A DNA stretch of 62,978 nt, the filler included, from Sphacelaria rigidula (taxonomy: Eukaryota): assembly GCA_964200075.2 (NCBI GenBank). It is 6 parts of 6 records of this genome, joined end to end, with 100 filler letters (N's around TTAATTAATTAA, not from the genome) between each part and the next. Parts side by side here need not be neighbours in the genome. Positions count along the whole stretch, not along the records: positions 10,515 to 20,927 come from CAXNAA020006534.1; positions 21,028 to 31,440 come from CAXNAA020006535.1; 4 more parts are not named here. The stretch is one strand, 5' to 3'. Position 1 is the stretch's first letter, and each line of letters begins with the position of its first letter. The notes under the pieces were generated by a model. It was not told the origin of the DNA, did no database searches, and was given only the letters and a program-made list of their open reading frames with translations. Made by a program: the position numbers and the translations under genes. Shown piece by piece: positions 12,753-26,572 of this stretch.

Positions 12753-15700
12753 TTACGTCAGCAGGCGCTCGAGGTCGGAACGGGGCAGTATGTGATCCTT
12801 TCCGCGCGCCGCCACGAGGTGGCGGACGGCAAATGATTTTCCACGTACCAAGGCCCTAACTTCCTGCTGACCGTCGGCGGGGATCGTCGTAATTCCAGCA
12901 AAAACCCATATACGCGCGAGAGCGGTGTACGTCGCTCCCGCGGGCAGTTTCTGCATCACCGTCACTGCGGTCCTCATCAGCGGATTGAGCTCGACCTGTT
13001 TCTCGTCCGGTTCTGTTGTAGTGTACGATGTATGAACCAGCGTAGGAAACTCTGCGTTATAAACTCTGTTGCTCTCGGACGCTGCAAACGCTTCGAGAAC
13101 TCCGTCCGCCTCCCGTTCGGAGAGCAAGAGCATGTCACCATTCGCAAAGATGAGAGCTGCGTCTACGGGGCGAAGGTAGTCGTTGATCCACCCAGCAATG
13201 GTGTACTCCTGACTTTTCGTACCGAAAAGGAAATTCGGCGTGCAGTACACCGTCGATTCCGGCACGAGCATCGACGGGATCCGGGCTTCGGGGGATAGAC
13301 GTCTCACCATCTTAGACAAAGGCAGTATCCTCGTTGACTGAGTCAAGACCCCGAACATTTTCTGATCGCACGGGGTTACGAGATCGTGGGGTGTGCAAGA
13401 AGAATGCATGGTCCTCAACATACAATAGACGATGCAGCTTCGATGCCGGTGGCAAGAACATGTATTATGCATTCGAAAATACGGAATGTGCGACACATGG
13501 AGGTTAACGAGTTTAATGCACAACTGCCCTATTTCTTCACGTGCAGATTCAGTCGGCAATGCGTCGTCAAGCTACCCGCTTGTCGTTGAATATTGTCATC
13601 ATGAGCACTGTAACCACTCCTCGTAACATTGAAAACACAATATACCGCCTGAGGAAATGCCTCGCATGGCCTGACTTGGCCTAACATTGCGATGAACATC
13701 CCCCTTACAGCCCGGTTCCGTAAGGTAGTTCAAACATTTAATGTGGGGATTTACTAGCAGCAAATCGGTTCAATTAATGGTCAAGTTTGGCGAGAGGGTG
13801 CGAAGGAGTATGATATACTCGCCGTATACGTCCAGCTCCACTGGCTGTAAGCGTATCATGATACGTTTCAGGGAGTAATGGACTTCAGGCTCTATGGTCA
13901 AGACAATCATCTATGGAATAAGGGTCCGCGACAACCGGTTTCACCCACGGTATCCACGTACATTCTACCTGTGTGTTCCGTGGGCTGCGTATTAGGACCC
14001 ACCGTTTTGAGCTCGGCTGGAGATTTTGCTGAAAGAGCAGACGCATAGAACCAATCTACCTCCTCACGAGGTGCTTCGGTTGCGATTTGTCTCTCAACTT
14101 CCTCCTCCTCCTCCGTCTGGAGCTCCATCTCTCGCTCACATTGTCCTCCTAGTGAAGCATCCCTGGAGACTACTACATTGTTGCCGTAACGCATAGCCCG
14201 CGCGGATATCACCGTCGACAGGTCTGGCTGCGGCACAACACCTTGCGAACAAGTCCGGAGCTGGGCTACCACCGTTGACACTGCATCGGCAACCGTGGTC
14301 GGCCTGTAGCCCGCACCGTATGCGCTGTCCAGCGTCAGAGCTTCATCTTTCTCGGCGTGGTGTGGATGATTGAACGTCTCCAAGAAATGCAAGCCTTGAC
14401 TAGCCCATTGCCAGAGTCCGGTCCGGGTAGCCTCGACCGTGTTTGCCAGCGCGTACTCCAGCACATGCTTTGACGTAATGACAGTACGTCCAGACATCTC
14501 TGTGACCTCCCTGATCTTCGTCGACACGTCGCGAGTGCCCACAAACACGATCGATTGCTTGCTCCTGCCGAGCGAGCGTAGCCTCCCAGCTGCCTGCATC
14601 ACCTTGTCCTTTCCGTTCTTTGGCCCAATCGTCAGCACCGCTTTTGCATCGGCTGACAGCTTGAGATCAGCTCCTCGGCACCGGGCCTCATCGTAGATGG
14701 AGAAAGCCTCTGCAGCTCGGATAGGTGACGCATCCAGCACCACGAACTGCCCCAGGCGATCCAGTACCATCCATTTTCCGCCACTGGAGGGATTTTCTGC
14801 GCCGGATTCGAAAAATACGACTCCGCGGAACTCCAGAGATAGACCCGCATCGGAAGAAACAAGGTATTTCGCCGCTTCTCTGCTGCTCGCTCGTCCCAGA
14901 AGTCCACCGCTATCAATCAACGCGTGGGCACCTTCGTCCACTACTAACTGCAGAAGGGCTTCCCAACAGTATTTTTCCTCATCGCTGTGCTTTCCATCGG
15001 CAGATGTGACGAGAGTGATGTACCGCTCGTTTCTAAGGATGAGGTCAAGCATTTTGCCGTTGGTGCCGCTAAGTGACGGTAATGCATCATCTCGATTCTT
15101 CCGCACTTGCAGCGGCAAGAGACGGTGGTTGTCGTTCGTCCCCGAAAATCCTGAAATCGACCCCGTATTGTTCTGAGCCAAGAACCAAGAATTTGTTCCG
15201 ATACTCTTTGGGCAGAGCTTGGTCTCAGTTGGTAGGACAATGAACTGAAGCCAGAAGTTGATCACCTCAAAGTTGTGCCGAAAGTGCTTGTACAGTAGGT
15301 CCATTTGTGGCTCGTTGCTGAGATCCACCTTACGGACGCTGTCCATCGCCTCTACGTCCTCCTCCGCGGGCTGTGTCACCGCAAGCCAAGCATTGTAGTA
15401 GTCGGCTTGAGCGCTGTCCGCCATTGAAAGCAACATCTCCAGTGCCTGCCGGAACTCGGCTCGCGACAGGCCATCGTAGTAGTATGACAGAGTCGTGACG
15501 GTGATTGCCACGTCCGGTTGCTTCCATTCACTGCGATCGGCCGGAGTGTTGCTGGCACGAAACGGAATCGCTAGGCGTTTCTTCGCCGCGGAAGTCCGGG
15601 AAACTCCGTAGTTCACCCTTGCACGCATCTGCAGACAGTGTACAAAGACCCCGAGGGCGAGCTGTCCCCGGAGCGCCATCAACTGCGCCCAGTGGGACTC

Positions 15701-18700
15701 TTCGGTGATGAGTCCTTTGTCAAGCGTGTCCTCGGCACGTGCTCCTTCATCTAATACCAGCTTGCCCACCAATGATAGCAACTTCCGATCGACTGCTTTC
15801 AGCCACATCATTTCGTACGGAGGGTCTACCAGCACAGCGCGAAAGAGCTCTCGACATAGCTTACGTTCGACGGCGTCGAGCGCCGGCCCTGGAAGCAAAC
15901 GGATTTCGGCGAACTGTTCCGACCGGCGGCAGGCGTCTGCCACCCCAACATTCGGGTGGGACAGCAGTACGTTGAGTGAAGGATATCTGCAGTTGTTGGT
16001 AGGAACGGGGCAATCACGGGAAGGACAAAGCAACAACGGAGGTATAATCGACTGACGGACTGAAGCGATATCCACATTGTACTTTCAACAACCCAGCCAA
16101 CTACTTAATAACAGCGTACGGATGGCCGTCGGGGTAGCTTCGTAACTTCGAACATATATTGCGAGGCCCACATACTGGTGCTGTTATCAATGTATATTGC
16201 AGGTCCCGGTATGGGGTCCGCACATAGGACGTGCTGGCGACAACGTCATGGCACGTTGTTTACACGTTGTCAACCCTACCGGCACAAAAGACGGTGCAAT
16301 GCTCCTCTTGCCACCTTTCGATTCTTGGCGCTGCTTCTTTTCATCAGTGATGCCAAGGGTACGCGAATATTGGAATTTGGGTACGTACATTATCGTGATG
16401 CACAAGCAGTAGTAAAGGGTGTTCTTTGCTTTCTGGTCGCTATTGCACCACGCTTCAGAACGCAAACCATACGCCTCGAGGTCTGATCATGATATGTACA
16501 CTATGAAAGCCAACGCGTGATGAGTAGTCCCGGTGGAAAGTCGACCGTTGCAAATATCCGACGCTTTGTGTCTTGCCTCTCGTGAGCACAAGATGAGTGC
16601 TTTGCTCGTGGCGAATGGATAAACAATAATCTCCAAACAAGATGCAAATTTCTGCGAAATAGTGTATACTATGGAGTAGTACAGAAGGTGGAGAACAAGG
16701 TCGCGGGACGCTGCCAAGGCTTCACATACAGGTTTTGGCACACACTCATGCAGTTCGACGGATACTTAGCAAGGAACAAAGGACTCAATTGGGAAGCGGA
16801 CAAATACATGTAGAAGATGGATACCCAGAGCAGATAGCCACGTGGGGTTCCCCTGTTTTTTTGTTTTTTCCCCGCTTGAGTTTCAAGAAAAAGTGCTCGA
16901 GTTGTGGGTAGGAGAGTGGACCGCTTTCCAAGCAGGTTAGCTAGAGCACCCCTATGTACGGTGTGATTATGTGGGTAAATACTCTGCTGTTTGGCACCTG
17001 GGTCATCATGGATGAAACAAATGTGGTTTGCGTATGGTCGTGTGTGCGCGGCAACAGTTGGAGGTGCCCATGACACGTAAGAGGACATGGTTCGAGAGCA
17101 ATTGGTGCAAGATTGAAAAACCTCCATAAATTTCACGCATGAGCACGCAAGCCAGCCGTTCTCTTCACCCCTCTTCGACGCCCGTAGCCTAAGGGCCCAT
17201 GAGACCTCGCACACAAATCTTCTGACCTCTCGCGGTTCTTCACAACTCGTAGCAATGCCTGCGCAGCGTGCACACGTTCTGCTTGCGCCGGCAATTTCTG
17301 CAGACCACCCACGGCATATATCAGCTGGTTGCGGTGATGCAGCAGCTCGTCGCTCTCGTCCAGCACGTCCGTAAAGGACATCCCCGCCATCCGCTTGATC
17401 TCCTCGCTAGTCGCCACATCGGTACTGCGCAGCTCGAGGGCCTTCAGATACAAGGAGTGCCTGTGCTCAGGAGCCACCAGTAGAGCGCCCCCCTCTTCTC
17501 GGCAACGCTCAAGGCATCCGCGCATGGATCGAGCATTCTCTAGCGTGAGCTGCACGTCCCGGTGAAACGGCATGACGAACAGGGGGCGCCCGAGCGGACT
17601 GCCGGTGAGGGTCTTGTGAAGGAAGTAGAACGCCTCGTCAATCAGCGCAGATAGAAAGTGTAGGCGCACGATGGAAACATCCTGGCGACAGGGCTTGGCC
17701 CTATGCAGCAGTAGCAGTGGTAGAATCACCCGCGTCTTGCCCTCGCCCATATTGAGCTGCACAATGTCGCCCGGGTTCTCAATCATGTGTAAGGCCACCT
17801 CGGCTTGGGCGGGTCGAATCTGCAGTCCTCCGTCGACCTCAAACGCCAGCCACCTTGGATGGTCCTTTGGATCCCATGTCCTCTTGACCTGACGTGCAGG
17901 GGATAGGAATGAGGTATGGCGATTCGGATTAGTTTATTAAAGGATTTGGACTATGAACTGGGCGAATCGACGACGGAGCACAACAGCATACTCCCGGCAA
18001 GCTGGATTGATCGTGAACGTGATTTCTCCATTCGCCACTCCATCTTCAACTAAAATAAATGCAATGATCGACACTTCGAAACCGATGATGATATGTCTGT
18101 AGTTTTATAAATAATGCCAACGCCGATAAAACTTTTATTCATCGAGATTACATGGGGGGATCGGTTTTACCTGCATTTCCTGCCACAGTAGCGCATGCGA
18201 TTCTGTAGACCTTGTCCATCTTTCGAGCCTCTTTAGCTTATCCTCGAGTACGCACAACCGCAACCAAGACACAGCTGTTTCCTCCAGGACCCCACAGGCA
18301 GCCCTGGATAAGAACGGGTTGAAGTACCTGACGAGCCCTTCTTCCCACAACATAGGAGGGATGTCTGCGAGCGATGCAGTCGGTAGCATTCCGGATTCGC
18401 GCTGCAGTTGGTATGAGACTGCATGCCAGTCGCTCCCAAAGTTTGCGAGACTCGTAAGCAAAAACGTCTCCAAATCCGTCCGCATCCGCAAAACTTCCTT
18501 GCGCTTAGCCGCGAATTCACACTGAAGCCTTTGCAGTACGATTGGCTCAATAATGCCCTTGGCAGGGTTCGATGAATGGTGAGCAATCCAGCTTTGCCTG
18601 AGTTCTGTGTGCATTTCTGTGGTCAATGCATCTGCATCACTTGGGACAGAAAGTGGGTACGGGTGCAAAGTCTGATCGCCGATAGGTGTTTCATTACCAT

Positions 18701-20898
18701 AGTCACATTTCGATGGTACTTTTGACAACATGGTGTTTCTCATTTCCCACAACGCGGCTTCTAGCGCTTCTACCTGGTCTGCGTGTACTGGGCAATTCGG
18801 CAAGTTGACGGAGCCGAAACGAGGGAGGGAACGAGTTACCCCCGAAGTCGACCGCGCTCCTCGGCGTCGACGACCAAACACCCGGGTCTCCTCGGCGGGT
18901 GTTAGGCGTCGCCTTTGATTCCAAGCGAGACTCGCACACTCGCCCTCGTACGCGGTGGACGCGTCTTCCAGAATACTGGCCCACTGCGCCCCATCGCACA
19001 CGTTCTGTTTCACCTCTGGACGATGAAGAAAATGCAGATCCTCACTACTCCTCATCACGTCGCCGCAGACGAGGGCGAGTGCCGGGTTCCAGCCTGACAG
19101 CTCAGCTATCCTCCTAAGTTGGTTTTGGTCGCGGTCCGATAGAGGATGATTCACGAAGCACCGGCGAACCAGTTCCATTGCTTTCTCAGAACCGGTCATG
19201 CCAACTCGGACGTCGGGGAGTAGGGTCCCAGTTGCGGCATACATTGCAGCAAGCTGAAGACGAGCCGAAATATTGCCTGCATCGAGTTCATTCCAACGCA
19301 GATGCAGCTCGTAGCAGTGTGTGGATAGTTGCGCATCTTCCCTTTGCTCGTCTGGACATTCAACCCTCACCACACTGTCCCTCACGACCACGTCTCCCTG
19401 CGGGACGATTATCCTTGTCGGTTCGTCGTCATTCCCTGATATCAGAACGAGGTAGCGCGTCAGCCCCGCCAACGTATGCGACAGTTGCTGAGCCCTAGCC
19501 AAGTGACAGCCGCGGTAGTTGAGGCACCTTATTCCAGTCTCGGTGTCGATTCCCTGCTTGTCAGATGATATAGAATCGATAAGGAACTCAAGTCCAAACC
19601 GAGGAAGTTCGATCTTAAGTGCCCCGCCAGGCTGCAAAAATGCATGTATTACGGCAGATGGGCCAGTAGCGCGAGGCTCGAATTTCGCGAGCACTGACAT
19701 GACCGTGTGTTCCCGGTCCAGCAGGACCAGGGCCTCCTTCAGGCTCGGGTCGCCACCACTACTTTGAGCCTCGTCGAGCACATTTACCCACCTCCGTGCG
19801 CGGAGGTGGGGGGGCACGCGAAAACAGCTAGCCGGACTCGAAGACCCACCACATCTCACCGTGAAGAAGACCTCGCGCTGCCTACAGTCTCGAGACCGCA
19901 TGACAATAACATTTTGTTCACGACAGAGCCAGTGAGTGTGCATCGTCCGCAGCCTTATCGGGAACTCTTTTCCCCATTCGCCGTCGTGTGGCAGCAGTTC
20001 CAAGCGCACCTTGTCCTCGATCTCAATTACCACCAACTTGCCATCGCTCCCCTTGGAGAATGTGTAGCACACGTTATCAACAGCCCTGGCTGTCGAATAT
20101 ACCCCATCAGACGCACTGGTCACCTCAAAGGTGCTTTTCCCAAACGTTTGCTGATACAGCGGGTGCTGCATGATGTATTCCGGTAAAAGACTAGGCGGCG
20201 CCCCGTCAAACAGCACCTCACCGGTCAACAAGTTAGCGCTGAAAACATGACCCCCAGCCTCCGCGACGAAACAGGCCGTTGTTCCGACCACCGCCCTCCA
20301 CGACAAATCCGTTTGCTTAGCCTCATCCAGCACAAGCCCTACAGCAGTGGTGATAAAGCTGGAGTCTGCCATTGAGTACCGTGCGATCTCAGCACCCCTC
20401 CTCGCCATTACCCGCAGACACCGACTGCGCAGCGTCACGCTCTCCCTGTCGAGAATCTTGTCGCGGGAAAAAATACGTCGATTGTGCGCCATGATCTGCA
20501 GTTTGCACAGGCTGGCGATATCTGCCGCGTCGAGAGCACTGCTCCCACCAAAGCACAGAACACCGTACATGCAATACATGCACTGTTTAGCCTTCAACGA
20601 AGACACCACATTGTTCTCAGCCTGACTTGCCGCTACATCGTCGAGTTGGTGCGCAACATCCGCGAACCATTTCATGGGAATCTGCGGCAAGTACGACCGA
20701 GCCAGAGATCGGCACTCGCCGTGCCACTCTGCTACGTAGCACGCGATATCCACGAGAATTTGGAGGGCTTGGTGGTCCCGGGGTGTGTGCTCCATTTCCT
20801 CGATGCGAACCTGCATGCAGAAGTTGTACGTTGCGCTTGTCAGAGATTTAAAACGAACTTTCTCATACAAGGCAAGCTCTTTCATGGTAACCTTTGAC
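12753..20898 (-). CDS. Large DUF3638/DUF3645-family P-loop NTPase (helicase/SecA-like); probably 5'-partial
   Basis: Phase-consistent GT-AG exons ~20898-18171, 17888-17227, 15986-14003 and 13361-12753 give about 1,990 aa. Motifs: WLAFEVDGGLQIRPAQ, QLNMGEGKTRVILP (Walker A, DUF3638), DVLDESDELL (DExD), RLAIPFRASNTPADRSEWKQPDVAI (DUF3645), GFSGTNDN, YDEARCRGADLKL and MQAAGRLR. Confidence 0.9.
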
Positions 20899-21044
20899 CT
20901 GAGAGTCGTGCTACGATAGGTAGGGGGNNNNNNNNNNNNNNNNNNNNNNNNNNNNNNNNNNNNNNNNNNNNTTAATTAATTAANNNNNNNNNNNNNNNNN
21001 NNNNNNNNNNNNNNNNNNNNNNNNNNNGGAGGAAGGTCAACACA

Positions 21045-21308
21045 GGAGCTTTTTCATTTTTATTTGTTTTTAGTACCCCACTTTCCTTCTGCGGTGCTTG
21101 CCTTTATTTTTTTATCGCGAGAGGGGTTCAGCAGTCTCTTTCCCTCGTCGACCGTTGAGTCAAATTTTGTGTACCCACGACATGGTCGCTCTCCACTGTT
21201 GGGCATGGTGTAGGAAAAAAATCCCGGACCGCTCCGGGAATCGAACCGCTCTACTCAACCGTCAGAAGGTTACGAGGTTACCAAGTGAGCCACCGAGGCG
21301 ACCGGCTC
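21045..21308 (-). mobile_element. tRNA-derived SINE-like element
   Basis: The minus strand has A-box TGGCTCACTTGG and B-box GGTTCGATTCC but no intact cloverleaf, followed by an unrelated body and an A-rich tail. Confidence 0.6.
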
Positions 21309-21816
21309 TGCATTGAAACAGTGAATACCAGCGGTGATTATACATTTTATCTCCGGCATTTCCCGTCTGATGTCGATTACACTGGGTACGGTATCGATCG
21401 GGCTGGCAGGCCGCAACGGATCCTGCCGGCATCATCGTGAATCTACCTTCAGGTAGGGATGAACGCTCGCAGAAACCCAGCAAAGAAGGAGCATTTAAGC
21501 TCCGTCATATATGTGGGGGTCGGAGGCTGAACGTTTCAGGTCCAAGTCGCTCGACAGGTCAAGGGTGAGCTTCTCTCGCGCGACCACTGGGTTCTGCCAC
21601 GGACCCTTGCCGGCGCACCCGACATGGGGGCAACATCCCCGTACAGACAGTAGCAATGCTAGCGTACTCAAAGTGTTGACAGTCTGGCAGCCGGCAAGGT
21701 GTTATAGCAGTGTCCTTCTAGCGATATCGACTTCCAGTGCATTGGGGCAGAGTTTACACGTGAATATTATGGCAATTGCACCACTTGCACTTCGCCCATA
21801 TGTTATGGATTTGTTC

Positions 21817-23580
21817 CACACTCTGGACAATGGACACAATAATAGTTCATTGCTTCAGCAATAGACACGGGGAAAAATCAATCGATGTATATTATTGAAC
21901 ACGATAAATGGTGAGACACATCTACTGACATATTTTGCAAGGGACAATAGATGTTGCAATAGTCGATCGATAGCCTATGACAATTATAATAGATGAAGAT
22001 AACTCGCCATCGATCGACATCGTGTACCGCAATAGAGTGTGGGTTGTATATATCGATAGCCATTGCCGTAATCAAAAGGTTTGGTGAGTCATCCATCGAT
22101 AGTCACTGCCCTTGTCAATAGGTGTGGTGACCCGTCATCAATAGATTAAATGAGTCATCCATCAATACCTATTACCGCCATCAATAGATCTGGTAAGCCG
22201 TCTATCGGTAGCCTCTGCCGCCAACGATGCATTGCTTGGTATCTACCATTATGGGCATTGCCGTCAACAATCGATTTCTCTCTGGAGCACCTATCGACAG
22301 CCACTGATGCCAACGGTAGGTTTTGAAAAATAGATTGCTCACTACAGTGGTCTCATGACGTCAACGGCAATACCCCTTACAGATGAACACGCAACAACCT
22401 GAGGCGATACCTGGTCATAGCTTTTGTGGGACGAGGCGGGAACACACATCGAAAAGTGTGCATACATAGCGCTAGTGACCGACGCCATTCAGCTCCTTTG
22501 GTGGTCACCAATAGATATTGGTGGCCGCGATTCAGATTTTATTGTGACCCTGGAAAGACATTGGTGGCCGCAATTGATATCCTACTGTGACCAACAATAT
22601 GTATTGGTGGGCGCGTGGTGGATCCTATTGTGATTGGCAGTAAACATTGGTGGCCACAATTCAGACCCTATTGCAACAAATCAAATGTATGGATGGACAA
22701 CTGGGCCCCTCCATTGTCACGGCAATGATACATTCTGTCCCTTGTTCCGAATATATTGTCGCCTATAATAGCTATCGATAGACTTTGATGCTAGTCGATT
22801 ATGGCTGACGATGGACACTCACAGTCCAGTTTTCGGGGCTAATGCAGCGCCAATGTTCTATTACATAATCTATTGTCCAAGGTATGAGCACATCTCACCC
22901 ACACACAAGAGTACTGTAAGCGCTCATGTCCATCAGAGGGACAACCATGAGTACCAATACCACAGCAACAACAAAAGTTGTAAACTTTTTGTCCACACAT
23001 GTTGCGAATTCCTACAAAATACACGCGTTCCCAAAAAGTAGAAACGTGATGTCATACATTCACAAGTAGTATCATTATATACCCAGTGCATATCCACCTG
23101 CGGCTTCTCCACCGTACCTCAACGGAGTATAATATGCTCTGTACGTAGTCTAGTATGTTACGATGTAGGTGTGGCAGTAGACGACAGAGATTGTCTATCG
23201 GTAGGCATTGTATACCACAGTTGATTCTGGTATGTATCTATCGATATTCATCGCCGCCATGCAAAAATTTATACGCAATCTATCAACAGCTATTGCCGTC
23301 ATCAATAGATTTGGCACGCGGTCTATCGATAGCCATTGCCATCAATAGAGTTGTACAGCTATCGATCGATGCATTTGGACGGCCACAACAGATTTCGGTG
23401 TAGGGCCACAGCAGACTGCTGCAGACAAGAGTGTGGGAAACTAGTCTATTGATAGACATTGCCAACGACAATATAAATATAAACTTGCCGATCGATGGCC
23501 ATTACGGACGACTATATTGACATCTACTACATCAGATTCTATTGCTATCGCAATATATGCAGTCTTTTGTCCAGGGTGTG
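21817..23580. mobile_element. Non-autonomous TIR DNA element (1,764 bp) with 8-bp TSD and degenerate internal ATCGATAG-type repeats
   Basis: TIRs CACACTCTGGACAA / TTGTCCAGGGTGTG, with perfect TSD ATTTGTTC at 21809-21816 and 23581-23588. No credible ORF inside. Confidence 0.85.
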
Positions 23581-23625
23581 ATTTGTTCACGATGTCACCG
23601 ACTAACATTGTATGTGGAAATGTAC

Positions 23626-23791
23626 CACACCCTGGACAAAAAATCTACAGTCAAAACGTACACGATGTTGAAAAAGTGTACCGCGCACAGTATGGAATAT
23701 ATTGCCTGTCATTTGCGTAATATTCGTACTTGAAGTCGGTAGCTGCACGCTACACTCAGAGACACCAGTGTGTAGAAATTTCCACGGTGTG
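23626..23791. mobile_element. 166-bp MITE of the same CACACC-terminus family
   Basis: Termini CACACCCTGGACAAA / ATTTCCACGGTGTG; flanks AAATGTAC / AAATGTTA (6/8). Confidence 0.6.
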
Positions 23792-25158
23792 AAATGTTAG
23801 ATACAAACAGCCAATATAGCGGCGGAGGTGGCATTTCACTCCTGCGTGCGCCACCTAGGTCAAACGCACACTTGGTTGCAACACGGACAGCTGCAAACAA
23901 AATGTAGCGTGGCGATATAGCGCGTAGCGAGGGGTGGTATCCCACGTACACGTTGGCCGCAGTACAAGCTTCTGCGTTGATGTTGTGGCGAAGTACGTAA
24001 GGCGGCGGGCAATCAGTGCAGCAAAGGAATAGGCTAAGGATGTGTCGTTCTGCGGTGTGCTGTGTCATCCTGCACCCTGCCGCTGTGCAGTGAGCAGGTA
24101 GTACCGCCCAAGGCGTCACTGCTGCGGTTGGTACGTAGTGTTGAACGCAGACAGCAAGCAGCATATTTTATATATGTGTGTTTTAAGATCGATGCGCTCA
24201 GGGTGGGGCCCGCATCTAGAGAATCCTGCACCAACTTCGCCCTGTTGTAGCGTATACAGACATATTTTCAGCAGCAGTCGCTTGTGATATGTGCTATGAC
24301 GGATCTCGTGCGTGATACGACCTTCTCCACCGTGGGGCATCCCCTGTGAAGCCAGCTGTTGATGCTGACAGTACCCACCGCCCTTCCCGCCATGACCTCC
24401 TCTCTGAGCATAAGACAATTGAAACTACGGAACATGACTCAATCTACTGGAACGTACACGTCTCCAAGTGAAATGCTTGTAGCCGTACGTTTTGCTCTTC
24501 CCTGCTCTATGATCTTCATTTGACAGGTTGGACATGCAGGAGCCATTTTTCTTGATGTGATTTTTTGTGGCGGACACAAGCCTTTCGTAGCGATGAGAAC
24601 ACACGGCAAAGTGGGGACCTTGGATGAATGATTCATAGGTTCAGCACAGGTTTTACGCTTTGCGAGGTTGAACTCCCGTCCATAGCCCACAAGGAGTCAT
24701 CCTAGGGAGTGGAGGCGTGTTGACTGTGATGGACCAAACACGGTTGAACTGTCTGAAAATAGAACAAATGCGAAAAGGTCGGAATTGTGCTGACTCACTT
24801 GAACGTCTCATGTCCTATTTACTAGGATGATGTAACGGTCACAAGCCACACCCCGTCGCATATGTTGAGACCGCCCCCTTACGTTCATTTTGTATCATTC
24901 CCTCCAAGAGCTTGGGCATGAAGATCCCCCACTGCATTTCTTGGCTTCACGGCTGTACTAGCAAACACGCTCGTGGTGATACCCCATCATGGTTTATGCA
25001 ACAGATATGCCACACCAACCGCGTTCTCCTGGGGCTCCGCGAAGTGCACGACTGCTGTGTCGCTGTATCAAGCAAAAACCTGAGGACGTACCCCACACTA
25101 CTCTCAAACCCTACCGTTTCCACCCCATTGTGATCGATCGACCCCATTTCCTCTCCAG

Positions 25159-26572
25159 GTCGCTTCCACGAGATGTCGGTAGTTCTCGAGCGAATAACAG
25201 ATAGACCCGTCCACCTGCCGCCGGAGTTTTCGGAAGAGCCGCGAACCGTGTGTGAGACTAACTTTGACATTGTCGCACGCTGGCGTCGTTGGTGGGGTGA
25301 CGGCAGCAGTTATGTTCGCGTGCGCGGGGTTAGTGATCATGGTGTGGGCCCGAACGACATCCAGGGAGACGGGTATGAACACAGGAAAAACCGTTTGTCA
25401 AGAGCCGGACTTTTTCAGCTCGTTTTGAATGGGAGGGACAGAAAATTGCTGCGGGTGACGGTCACCTTGCTGGTGGTATGGTTCACCCTCAGCTACGGGA
25501 GTTATGGGGTGGCAACCTGGAACAACATTCTATTCGCAGACATTGGGCTGTCCAATCCTTACCTTTGCTCGTTCATCTTCAGCGTGGCCAGTCTACCCGG
25601 TAACTTGGCTTCGATCTTCCTGGTGGAGCGTGTGAGTAGCCGGGATTGCTACAGTGGTTCAGAGTCCGAATCCTACGGACTCGGAACTAAATTTGATGAA
25701 ATCCGCACTCTTGAACGAATGGGTACTACTGCGGAGCTGCAGTGAATTACACCACCGTCGTGTAAGGTCGATGTAGACTTCAACTCGTATGCTGATGTGT
25801 GAATTCGCTGTAAGGCGAAGTGCGTCCATAATGCATGTTCTTGTGGGTGTGATGTACTACAAATTATCGTGGAAAATCGCGCAGCCACTCATTGCGTGAG
25901 ATGGCCGATCGGACCATTTTTGAACGTATCCATGATGGGATTCTGTGTTCCATGGCATGAAGAACCTATGTCGTGTCAATTATGGTTTTCAACCTCGAAC
26001 TAATTTAACCTCCCTCCCTCACCGTTCTCTACTAGGAGTAGGAACGGTGCTTCGTCTGGAAAGGGATGCGTGGTCAATGATCAAAAACCAAAACAAGGCC
26101 AGCATTAAAACGAGTACGCCCCCCCCCCCCCCGCCTCCCCTCCCCTCCCCCCACCATTGCTCTCGTGTCCATCCACATTCCTCAGGTGGGTCCACGACGC
26201 CTGCTTTCTCTGTCAATGACACTCGCTGCTGCTTCGGCGTCCCTCTTCGCGTTCGGCACCAGTTCTGGGGCTGCAGTGGTGGTTTCAGGAGGTTGCCTTT
26301 TTAACGCATTCAGCACGTGCGGCTGGAACGCGTTGGATGTGGCTTCTACAGAATCGTTTCCGACCACGGTCCGGACATCGGGCATGGGGATAGTCGCGTC
26401 TGCTGGCCGTCTGGGCTCAATAGCGGCGCAGTTTGTCAACGGTTCGCTTGAGAGCAGCGTTCTGCTCTTACTTTTAGTTACGAGCGGTTTGACATTGGTA
26501 GGCGGCTTGGCGTCTTTGTGTCTAGAGCCAGATACTCGCGGAGCTTCTCTTGAAAAGCCCCGACCCAAGTGA
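25159..26572 (+). CDS. MFS transporter (SV2/SVOP-like sugar-porter group), last two exons
   Basis: Exon 25159-25631 (LLVVWFTLSYGSYGVATW..LPGNLASIFLVER) splices in phase to exon 26186-26572 (VGPRRLL..ESFPTTVRTSGMG..GRLGSIAAQF..EPDTRG, TGA). Upstream exons were not identified. Confidence 0.85.

Noticed and set aside
21222..21308. Possible tRNA gene on the minus strand
   Set aside because: A and B boxes are present but the stems do not close into a cloverleaf; treated as a SINE head.
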